A stretch of DNA of 64,000 bases from Thalia democratica (lineage: Eukaryota). The notes beneath the pieces are model-generated. The model made no database searches and was not told where the DNA came from. It worked only from the letters and a program-made list of their open reading frames with translations. The stretch spans positions 55,242,001-55,306,000 of the forward strand of contig OZ241827.1 of the NCBI GenBank assembly GCA_965202585.1, read 5' to 3'. Of the stretch, positions 43,156 through 53,762 are shown one piece after another; positions within the stretch are counted from its first letter, which is position 1; each line of letters opens with the position of its first letter. Made by a program: the position numbers and the translations under genes.

Positions 43156-44665
43156 ATTGTAAAAGAGCTGCACAGGTTAAATGTTAAGCCCTAAACAATT
43201 ATCAACTAAATTTAGAAAACTATAAGTAAGTATGGATTTGCTGTAAGAAAATTTGTTTTGTCAACTAGCAGGGTTGCTACTCTTCGAAGCTAATTCTGAC
43301 CTGAATTACCAATAACTGGCCGGGAACTACCTGAAATTGTTTAACAAAATTTATTTGTTTAAAAGTCTTCATGCAGAATTAGGAGTAGTAAGCATGTTTT
43401 TTTTGATATGTAACAGTACTAACTTTCGAAATATTTAATTTAAACTTTTAAAGATATCAAACTATATTAATCTACAATAAGTCTCCATAGTATCGTAGCA
43501 ATAGATTAGATGTTTTATCTAAACTGCTTGTGTTATCATCATAATTGTTAATTTCAGCACTCAAATAGATAAAATGTTAGCTTGAAATAAAGCTATATTA
43601 AGGACAAGAAATGTTCCTAAAATTGGAAATCAACTAAAAAATTTCAATGTTTTTATACAACATTTTATCATACATCATATTTTGATTATAATCCATTCAA
43701 TCACACTTAAAGTCCAAAAAAGGATAAGTTTCTTAGAAAAATATAAAACTAAAGTGGAAGTTGGCCTGAGTTTTTTGATAAGCTTATAAAAGTTAAGCCT
43801 ACATTTCTTACAACCCTGAAAAAATTGACTTAGGGTCGTTTTTCATAAAAGTTTAAAACCACTGCAGAAATTTGAACAAGAATAAAAAAGTTTAAAAACT
43901 AAACAAAAAAACTTAAATTCTTACATAAGATAACAAAAACTATGATTCTTTTGATTGAAATATAAAAAACTATAAAAAAACATATTTGTTAAGTACTACT
44001 GAAAACTTAATAAACTTGTAGTAAACTAATAGTATTTGATTAAGAAAAACTCTGTTGTATCTCTAATCAAAACTACAACTTTGTAAGCTAAATATAAGTT
44101 TAATATTTAACACAGATTTTTTTTTTGAAAACTTACAGAAAATATTGTATCAAATTTTTGCAAAACTTGAAAAAATAATTTTAGCAAATCATTAAAAACA
44201 ATAACTAGTTGATAATTAATTTGAACTTGTTGCTACACTGCGGTACTTATAGACTCTGAACCTTGCAATGCAGTCATAACAAAGTAAACAAACTGACACA
44301 TTTGTGTAAATAAACTTGAGCATTATGCAAACTGTTGAAGTAGTTTTTTAGGCTACTTCTTTAAGTCCTAATTGATTTCAAGTTGTAAATTTTTACTGAA
44401 ATATAGATGTTTTATGAACAAAACTAATAAAGTTAACGAAAATATTCTAATTAGTTTTTTTTATAAGCGTGAAAAATCATAAATTTTTTTTTTTTAAAGC
44501 TTGAGTTTTTAAGTTTTATAGAATGGTTATAAAATTGACAAAGTAGCAGCAAAATAGAAAAAAGTTAGTTAAATAGTATATTAAATAAATTATACCTCAA
44601 AAAATTTAAAAGTTTAACTAATTGAATTGAAAAATTTTCAAAACTTATCAATATTTATGGTCTGA

Positions 44666-45046
44666 TCAATCAGTTTTATTATCTGATTTAGAGCTCATAA
44701 TCGTTTTCATTCCAAGCAAAATCAGACCGGCACCAACAAGCCAAGTGATGGTAACTCTCTCAGAAAACACAACTAAACCAATGAAAGACGTCAAAAATAT
44801 ATTGGCAGCTGTGCTCAGCACAACAGTCTCATTCGTGGAAATGTCCGCTTCAACAAACAGCGTCCACATCAGACCATTGAAAAGAAGTGCACAGACAACC
44901 AGCATAGCCCTGACAGCCAAATTGAACGGCGTCACGTCATCAGAAACCAGGTGATCGCCCAACGCGAGTTTGGCGATGAATGAGGTCATTGCGGCACAAC
45001 AACCACTGACAAGAGCCGTTGTGTACTTGTTGAGTTTTACTGACAT
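44666..45046 (-). CDS. TMEM42: TMEM42-like small EamA/DMT-type membrane protein, intronless
   Basis: 126 aa with four hydrophobic helices; SGCCAAMTSFIAKLA, NGLMWTLF, STAANIFLTSFIGLVVFSE, WLVGAGLILLG. Confidence 0.8.
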   Translation of the reverse strand: MSVKLNKYTTALVSGCCAAMTSFIAKLALGDHLVSDDVTPFNLAVRAMLVVCALLFNGLMWTLFVEADISTNETVVLSTAANIFLTSFIGLVVFSERVTITWLVGAGLILLGMKTIMSSKSDNKTD

Positions 45047-46605
45047 TTTATATAATATCTGTAGTAATAAAAATTTATAAGTTTTTTATTTGAGTAATTA
45101 ACCGGTACACATTTGAAAACACAAAAGTATTTTTTAATTTGATTTCAAGAAGCTCTATACAAAACTTAATGTTACCATATAGGTTTTATTAATAATTACT
45201 TTTACTTTTAAAACACTTAATTGTTTAAGAAAATTTTTTTCAAAAACTAACTTATGGATAGAAAATCAAAGCAAGTGTCGAAATTAAGGAGGTTAGCAGC
45301 CTTTAAAATTGACAACCTGAAATAGTTTAAAATACTATAATTTAATAAGGTTTATAAGAAAAGACTCTTTTGTGGGAAAGATTAATATGAAAAAAGAAAG
45401 CTAAATTGTAATTATTTTATTGATAAAGTCTCAAATTTTGGCCAGGCAGCATATTGCCAACCCCTGCCAACTAGATAAAGAATTGTTTTATATATTTTTA
45501 GTGTAAATTTTTTAAAACCATTTACTCTTTTACTTTAGTAATACCTCTAAGTTATCTATTTAATTAAACTACTACATGTCTAACAACTTGTATTTCAACA
45601 GCATTTTTTATTTAGATCAAAGATATAATTTATTTTTTTATTTTCGAATGTTATAAATTTTCAAGCATTTGTATTGTACTGACAAATCCTGATTTTTGCC
45701 AATATAGTCTCAACTTTTCTAAAAACACTCTTTTACTTGAAAAGCCCATGTTTAGATTTTTTAATTCAAAACTTCTTAAACAATTTTTTTTAGAAATTAA
45801 TAACTTTTTAAGCATATGAACTCAAAAAACTAATATGTTGATAATATTTCTAAAAAAACTTATTAGCCTTATTTTGCTTATTTAGCTTGACAGGTATGAC
45901 CCTGACAGATGCCTGCCGACCCCTGATAAAAAGCATGATTACAAGTCACTGTTATAATAGCAAAATTTCACTACAAACTTACATTAAAAAGTGTTTAGTA
46001 TAATCATAAACCCTTTTGGCAAAGTTTTGATGAAAAAGAAAAATTTTTGTAAAATTAATTTGTTTAAAGCTATTGAGTCTTAAAAAATAAATGAATTAAA
46101 TAAACATTGGTGATTAATTATACATTAAAAAAAGTTTAACCATACAAATTTGTATTTCAAAACTTAAAAATAAACTTAAAGTTAAAAGTCTAAAAATTAT
46201 ACTTTGATTAAGTATTCATCATTGCACAAACACAATTATAAGTGAAATAAAAACTCAGTTTAAAAAAAAGTAAACTAATATATGTAATAATTAAAATATA
46301 TTACAATTAAAGGTAAGAAATGACTCGATTAAAAGTTTACTTTTTTGTATAATAAGTGATTGAGTTACAAATAATGATTGTACAACCTGAAAAAAGTTAC
46401 ATACAGATGCATATGACTTAGTCAAATATTTTTAGGTATATCAACTATATAAATTAACAAACAAAAGTATACTAAATTCTAAAAAAAGTTTTTTGTCATT
46501 AGTCAATTAATGGAAATATTTATTCAAAAAAGATTACAATAAAAATTTTACATGAACTGTTAAACATACTGAATTAGTTAATCATAGTTTTTATAAACAA
46601 AAATT

Positions 46606-47193
46606 TCAAATGGTTAAATTGGAAAATCCATGTTCCAATTGGTCAGAAGATGGCTTCATGGCCAACAGAGACTGTACGTAATTCTGCCTTCTGATCTGGT
46701 GCCCCCTTGCCTTTTCAAAACTTTCAACAGCGTATTCAGGGTTGATTCCTTTGACTCTTATTAAATAACTGCAAACCATAAAACCGGTTCTGTTCAATCC
46801 ATGTGTGCAGTGAACCAGAACTATTTTGTTGTTGTCTCTGTTTGCATTTTCAAACTCCTCTATGACATCACAGAACATTTTTATGTACTTTTCCCCTGGA
46901 ACCTTCTGGCCAAGTACCATGATCTTCTTCACAGTGATCCCTTTGCTTTCAAAGTCACTGGTGTCATAGTACTTGTCAGTGGCGCACAGGTTGACCACCA
47001 ACCCCACTCTTAAGTACATTTTGTTTTGAACAATGTCCACTGCGTCATGTACACTGAACTTGTCACTTTCACTGGAGATTTTGAACTCGGGTTTCAGCGG
47101 GACCCTCATGGCAATGATGTTAGAGTTTTCCACAATCTCTCCCATTTTTGAGTACTTTAGCCAGCCCTGTGGAATAGCATATTTACTTGGCAT
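46606..47193 (-). CDS. DUSP11: DUSP11/PIR1-like RNA 5'-triphosphatase (cysteine phosphatase fold), intronless
   Basis: 195 aa; IPQGWLKY, IIAMRVPLK, VVNLCATDKYY, active-site VHCTHGLNRTGF, FEKARGHQIRRQNY. Confidence 0.85.
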   Translation of the reverse strand: MPSKYAIPQGWLKYSKMGEIVENSNIIAMRVPLKPEFKISSESDKFSVHDAVDIVQNKMYLRVGLVVNLCATDKYYDTSDFESKGITVKKIMVLGQKVPGEKYIKMFCDVIEEFENANRDNNKIVLVHCTHGLNRTGFMVCSYLIRVKGINPEYAVESFEKARGHQIRRQNYVQSLLAMKPSSDQLEHGFSNLTI

Positions 47194-47292
47194 AACTTTT
47201 TATTCAATTGTTTCTGTTTGAAAATCTTAAATAAAGTATCTTTTTTGGTTTAAACAATAAACATAAATTTCCTTTTTTTAAATCATTTACAG

Positions 47293-47430
47293 CAGGGCTT
47301 TCCAATGTGGGCCCCATTGAGGGCCATGAGCAGTAAAGGGACCACATGGGGGGGCATGTTGTCATAGTTTGAAACTTACACTAGATATTCTGGAGTTGAT
47401 GATGAAGAGCAAAAAAAGGTTGTCTTAGAT
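47293..47430 (+). mobile_element. Left-end fragment of a hAT-like element; a related decayed copy lies at about 21095-21190
   Basis: Starts CAGGGCTTTCCAA; shares GG(A/G)xCCAxATGGGGG, TACACTAGATA and GCAAAAAA(A)GGT with 21095-21190; no matching right TIR found. Confidence 0.4.
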
Positions 47431-48319
47431 TTACAGGGCTCCCCTTTAAACTTCATCAAAAAAAAAGAAAAATATTTACAGGCTATCTGATTGCTACAAC
47501 TTTTATATTAATTTAATTTTTAGTTACTCTTAAGTGGTAAGTTTACTATGGTGGCAGTGATCACATAGTTTGATCTTTTTTCTTTGTTGTAGTACTGCAA
47601 AAAATTGCTTAAAGATCTGAGTTTGTTATTTTTTTACATTTTGTGGTTTTTAGTCTTGGGATTTTAACCCAATGAGTTTTAGCCAAACTATGTGTGTAGA
47701 GTTATGTAACTCATCTGATAATTTTTCTGTTTTTATCTTAACAGATTGTTCATTCTTTTAAACCAGGTAAACTTATCAGTTTAAATAATGAGTTGTTCTT
47801 CGTGAACAGTCTTAAAATAATATAAATGGCGTGTTTTTAGTATTTATTGTGTTTTGTTGTGTACTTTTTTATTTAGTTTCAAGTAAAATTTTTTTAGTCT
47901 TTAATGTTTTTTTCTCATAATTTTATCTTAAAAATAACTTCAAACCAGCAAAATATTACTTAATTCTAATTTAAACCTTTAAACAGATTTTAACATTTAA
48001 CTTATGATAACATAAATATTTTTAGCTAGATTTTAAAATATCACTATATATAAATAAACTTATACTATATTCCTATTGGTTTTTAGCAAGCTTATTCTGA
48101 CAATGTGCTAAGGAAATTAATCAACAAACTTTTTAACTTTTTAAAAATGAGTGATTTGTGTTTAAATTTTTCAATTAGAACAGTCTTATATGGTTATAAA
48201 ATGGAAATAATAAATTTACATTCAAGTAAGTGGATCAGGAAAGGATGAAAAGTCTATTGAAATTCCTTTTAAGCATGACAGTACAATCGAATTTAGTTTT
48301 ACAATACAAGTAAATTCAG

Positions 48320-48850
48320 TTATTGAAGAAATTGAAAATAAAATTGATCAAATGATGCTTCATGAAATAAATTTAAGGTTTGATTTGCTACTTTAAGAAT
48401 TTCTTCACTAGATGAGTAAAGATGAAAAATATGAGTCATCTAGCCGCCGAGGCTATAGACAATTCAGTTCTCAATACTACAGAAACTAAAGATACTCAAA
48501 ACCTACACGCAAAAGTTATTACTTGTCCTCACCTAGCTACAAAAGCCTAGTCCAAAATATCACAGTAGGAGCAGTAGATATAATGATCAACCTGGCAGAT
48601 ATAAATACTATTATTTCATCCAAATGCAAAACACTAACATATATGCAGAAAAAGGTACAATGATTCACAGGAGTTTCATGGCAGCTATGGAAATCTATCT
48701 AGTAATGAGTTTCATGATTCTCTGGACAATGTTGGCGACCATTCCAATGGTGCCACTACTCGTCAACTAGTTACTAGTCAAGTAGAAGAAGAGCAAAATC
48801 CTGTTGTGGTAGTTCCAAGAAGAAATGGTAAGTCATTTACCAAAAGATAA
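48320..48850 (+). pseudogene. Decayed low-complexity coding remnant of unknown origin
   Basis: Interrupted frames: IEEIENKIDQMMLHEINLRF...YESSSRRGYRQFSSQYYR...PKYHSRSSRYNDQPGRYKYY...HDSLDNVGDHSNGATTRQLVTSQVEEEQNPVVVVPRRNG. Confidence 0.3.
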
Positions 48851-49983
48851 AAGTGTACTAGGGAGGCTTTTACGTGAAGTAGATAGTGTAAAAATGAAAT
48901 GATGAGCATCCCTTATTAGCCAGAAGGATATAGCACTAAATCTAGAAAAATTAAAACTTATTTATGTGTAAAGTTTCATAATTTTATATATATGATTTAT
49001 TGTTAAGTTCAAGTTAACTATGTTAGAGTTATGCTAAACGCTTTTAGGGTTTTTTGTGTAAGAAATTTGTAACTTTTCATTTTCTCTCTAAATAAAGAAT
49101 AATCTTTGTTTCCATGAGCTTGGGGGATGTAGAGTTATGCAGCTAATTGTATTGTACTTAATTAACTATTGTTATCTAAATAGATCATTCATTAATTAAT
49201 TAATAAACCTAATTTTATATCAGTAAATTTTTTTTTTTATTCAATAATAACTGTTAAAAGGGTTGGTAAAATTACATATAATGTAACTTATTTTCTTGAC
49301 CTTCAACAAACATTTATTTTTGTAGAGGAAATGGTGAGACTTGTTATGACATCTTAAGTACTTTATTCATCCACTTAAAAATAAGAAATGTTTTTTAAAC
49401 CTTCAGTACTACATATACAAATTTTCATAATCATATGTTCAGTAGGGTGCTTATAAAAAGGTGACCTTTGAGTTTAGTGCTGGATTTTTTTTACATTTCA
49501 CAAACCTCCCTGTGCAAATTTAAGGTGATTTAAAAAATACAATGATGCTAAGTCATTCTAAAATCAGCTTAAAATGACCAAAAAAATTACCTTTTTGCTG
49601 AAAAGTTTAATGAAAGATAAAAAACACTTTTTTTTTTTTTTTTAATTTGTAAATATATGTTTAAAAGCTTTTCTGATATACCAAATAAAATAATTTTTTT
49701 TAGTGCATTCCTTTACTATTTTGTTAATATTATGACTTTTATAAACAAATAAAATAAGTTTTGGTTAAAAAACTAATTATATCTATATTAAATGAATGAT
49801 CTAAATTAAGTTATTTTAATTATTATTAAATTTAATATACTTTAAAAATAAATGAAACTATTGCTTGTATGAATAAGCTGAAAAGAATAAGGAAAAAATA
49901 AACACACTTAATTGCAACAAACAAAAACTTTAATATATTCTGTACACTTTGAAAGATTTCTTAGAAAGTGTCATTTTATAAAT

Positions 49984-50565
49984 GGGAACGGGTCTAAATT
50001 GCACAAAGACAAAACTGTACAAGGTTACTAAATTGCATAAGAGGACTAAATTGCATGAGTGCACAAAATTGCTTAAAGCCAAATATGCACTAAGTCAAAT
50101 TTGCACGAGCTCACAAAACTGCACAAGGGAACAAAATTGCAAGAATACAATTTTGCACCAAAGGTCAATTTTGAACGAGTTACATTTTTACATGAGATTA
50201 AAAAATAAAAATAAAATAAATAAACAGAAAAAAATAATTAAAAATAATTAAAAAAAAAAAGATATTGACCAAGGGTAAGGGTTAGGGGTAACAGTGATAG
50301 TAAAAAAATATATATATTAAAAAAAAGATAATAATAAATAAAATTTATAAAATAATAATAATAATTTAACCAGTGCAAAATTGTGGGCCTTGTGCAAAAG
50401 TGTCTTTGTGCAAAATTGATCTATCGTGCAAAAGTATCTTTTTGCAATTTTATGCCCTCATGCAAATGTATCTTCATGCAAAAGTATCTTGGTGCAGTTT
50501 TGTGCACTCGTGCAATTTTGCCCCTTGTGAAATTTTGTACACTTGTACAATTTAGACAGCTACCC
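49984..50565. mobile_element. GG-ended MITE with perfect 8-bp TSD (Merlin- or MULE-like; superfamily uncertain)
   Basis: TTATAAAT|GGGAACGGGTCTAAATTGCACAA...TTGTACAATTTAGACAGCTACCC|TTATAAAT; 23-bp TIR (18/23); subterminal arrays of TTGCAC/GTGCAA motifs. Confidence 0.85.
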
Positions 50566-51051
50566 TTATAAATAGTGTTGAAAAAAATACATACTTCTAA
50601 TTCAGAGTTGAACTGATTTAGTTGACAAAAGAACATCTACCTTTTTTACAAGTATGTTCAAGTGATAGAATTGCAAATTTAAAGTGAAATGCATACATTA
50701 GAATAAAAAGAGAAAGAAAAACAATGAACAAATTTCTAAAGCAAAACAAAACTTATTAAGTGTTTTCAATGTTATATGCATTTATTAACTACAGTTTAGG
50801 CAGTTCAGATAACCAGGTTAATTAAAATAAATAGTTTATGCCACATGAGCACAAGAAAACCTATGAAAACTGGATGGTATTTAAATTTGAATTTTTTTGT
50901 TGCAAAACAAACAAATAGTTTTGAAATCTATAAGACTTAAACTTGTGCACATAAGCTCACTTATTTATTGGAAAATTGGTTTTAGTTACAATAGGACACT
51001 GAAGTTTACAACTTATGCATTTACTATGGTGATAAAAGCTTAAGTAGTATA

Positions 51052-51473
51052 CAGGGTTGCCACTCTTTAAGTCAAAAAATCTTCCCTGAGTGACCAGAAA
51101 CTTCCCTAAGTTTTTTGCAAATCCTTTTTTTTTTATCAAAAAATTACCATGTTAATTCTAAGAATATTGATGAACTTGCTGCAATGCTAAAATAAATTTC
51201 TAAATAAGCACTTAAAAATGAATAAAATTAACATTTTTTTAACAAAATATTAAAACTGGATTAATTAAATGTCATTCTAGGTTTGGAAAAAATTTCCCTG
51301 AGATTTAAAAAAAAATCTTAATACTTCCCTGAAATTTTTAGAAAAGACCAAAACTGCCCTGAGTTTCCCTGAGTTAATAAAAAAGAATCAAAATTCTCTG
51401 AGTTTCCCTGAGATTTTCTACAACTTGAAAATTCTCTGAGTTTCCTTAATTCCCTGAGTGTGTGGCAACCCTG
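51052..51473. mobile_element. hAT-like MITE with internal TTCCCTGAG repeats
   Basis: Perfect 12-bp TIR CAGGGTTGCCAC/GTGGCAACCCTG; flanks GTAGTATA / GTATTAGC match at only 5/8. Confidence 0.75.
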
Positions 51474-52033
51474 GTATTAGCCGAAAAGTATTAAATGTTA
51501 AGAAACAAAACTGGGTTCCACCTTCTAAGTGTCTTGCCCATTAGGATGGGAGGACCATAACAATTTTTGATGGTAGCAACAATGACAATTAAGGAGCAAT
51601 TTGAGTATCTAAATAAGGAACTAGTTTGTTAGAAGTGCTAAGCATAGGTAAAATTTATATTTTCATTTATAAAAGTGTTTCATTATATTAAAGTGTTTTT
51701 AATTATATTCTGTCTTAAAGTTTACAGCAAAGAGGTCATTTGACTGAAATTTTGAGAAAATAAATTTAGGCATCATGAAAGTTTCTTTAAATCATCAAAA
51801 AATTTGCATAAGGTGTTTTTGATTTTATAATGGCAAAAAGCATCAGTCTCAAACTCAACCCTTTGATAAAGAAAGCTACTGAACTGAGACAAAAATATTC
51901 AGCAGAAAATTTGTTAGCTGCTTTATATTTAAGCTTTTTAACTTGCAGTAACTTTGCCAAAAAAAAACTATTTGAAATAGTCCTTTGAAAAGTATTTACA
52001 ACAGGTATTGTTAATATTGTTTACTGAACGAAA

Positions 52034-52130
52034 AAACTCAAGTATTTGGTCTAAGGACCTGGTGTCCAAAAAAACCTTTCTGTTTTCGAGTCATACACCA
52101 GGATACAGTTTAAAGTCATGTCCAGGACAA
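52034..52130 (+). repeat. Unclassified ~95-bp dispersed repeat, copy 1 of 3
   Basis: Shares AAGGACC...AAAAAAC...TCGAGTC...TTTAA.GTC.TGTCCAGGACAA with 53677-53762 (-) and 61401-61493 (+). Confidence 0.6.
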
Positions 52131-52802
52131 TTGTACTATTGTACTATAGCTTACAGAGAAAAAAAAATTAAAGTTTTTTTTTTTTTTCAAAGGTAGAAAA
52201 ACTTTACTAACAGAAAATCTTCTTAAACTTTACTTTTAACATAAAATCGCATACTTATTTTATATTTCAAACTAGCACTTTAGTAAAACTTTATGACAAC
52301 TATGTTTTATTTTCACTTGATTTGTATTTATAATATTATTTTAATTGCTTATATTTACCAAAATTGCAACAATTTCCTAGTTAGGGAAAGTACAACCGTC
52401 ATTACTAAAATCAAATAAAATTATATATACACTTCTCGATTTCGCCTTATATCGAATAACAACAATACACATTAAAAGATTATTTTTACCACTACATAAC
52501 TTTTTAATTTCAACTTTGATCTAACTTTCTTTATATTTATATTTGTGATCTAGATTTTAGTTTGTGTTCAAAGCGTGTGGTAAAACAAACTATCTATGAC
52601 ATCACAAACAACTTATAACGATTGACTTTTAGCAATAGTTATGTTTTGTTTATGAAGTTTTTATAATTAATTGTTTTCAAAGATATTGAAAACAGCTTTA
52701 AAACGAGATTTAAACTAAAAATAAGCAACTAAAAAAAAATTGCTTAAAAAATTTGGTATTTTTCTCATATGTAAGTATAGAAAATGATGATTGCATCTAA
52801 AC

Positions 52803-53415
52803 TAGGGTTGGGCAACGTACGGCCCGCGGAACGGATCCGGCCCGCAAAGGGTCAATATTACAATTTTTTTCTAAAATTATGTATCATATTTTCAAAACAA
52901 AACTGTAAGAATTTGACTTCAAAACATACTAAAAAGTTATTTTATAAATTATTGTGTACTAATAAATACACCATTTTGTTCTAATGTTTTGTGTTGTTAG
53001 ATGGAGTATCTTTTTCCGAATTACTACAAGCAAAGTTTTTTATCAAGTAAGATATTTCACATACGTACAATTACAATGTCAATTCTATTTATAGACAATA
53101 TTTAAACATCTGACATGTCTCAATCTGTATCTTAAGTTGACTGACTTGATATAGTTTTTTTGAATTTGAAGGATTTAAAAAAGTGGTCAACTGTATCAAT
53201 AAAATTATATTCCGGCCGGATCCAAAACTTTTATTTACAATAGAATCCGACCGGATCCGTATGTTGACTTAAAATTAGTTTCCACTTGGATTCGGATCTA
53301 AAAAGTCATTATTTGGCTGGATCCGGTAAATCATTAATTCGAAAAAGGTTCGGCCCGCAAAAGACAAAATTTTTCTGGATCCGGACGGTTGATTGAAAAA
53401 CGTTGCCCACCCCTA
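52803..53415. mobile_element. hAT-Charlie-type MITE
   Basis: TIR TAGGGTTGGGCAACG / CGTTGCCCACCCCTA (14/15), GGCCCGC and CCGGATCC subterminal motifs. Left flank ATCTAAAC vs TTCTAAAC 2 nt past the right TIR, resembling the Charlie NTCTAGAN target. Confidence 0.8.
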
Positions 53416-53676
53416 AATTCTAAACGAATAAAGTTGAACAATCTGAATAAAACCAAACGTTAGTTATCTTTATAATTAATAGATATTTGATGAAGCATAT
53501 ATCACAGGCTTTAACTCGTTTACGACTAACAAGTGAAAGAAAAATAAATAAAAACGTTAAAGAAATAGCAAAAATAATAAAATTATACTTAATGAGAATT
53601 ACATAGTTTATGACTCCGTTTATATAGTGTTTAAATTTATAATATTTCCATTTTAAACCTTTTCTTTTTGATTAAG

Positions 53677-53762
53677 TTTGTCCTTGAAACGACGTTAAAC
53701 TATATACAAGTATTGTACGACTCGATAACCAAAAGTTTTTTCTTACACAATAGGTCCTTGGA
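53677..53762 (-). repeat. Unclassified dispersed repeat, copy 2 of 3
   Basis: Reverse complement reads CCAAGGACC...AAAAAACTTTTGGTTATCGAGTCGTAC...TTTAACGTCGTTTCAAGGACAAA. Confidence 0.6.

Noticed and set aside
49982-50636. Cys/Lys-rich short ORFs on both strands
   Set aside because: Translations of the MITE's TTGCAC/GTGCAA repeats.
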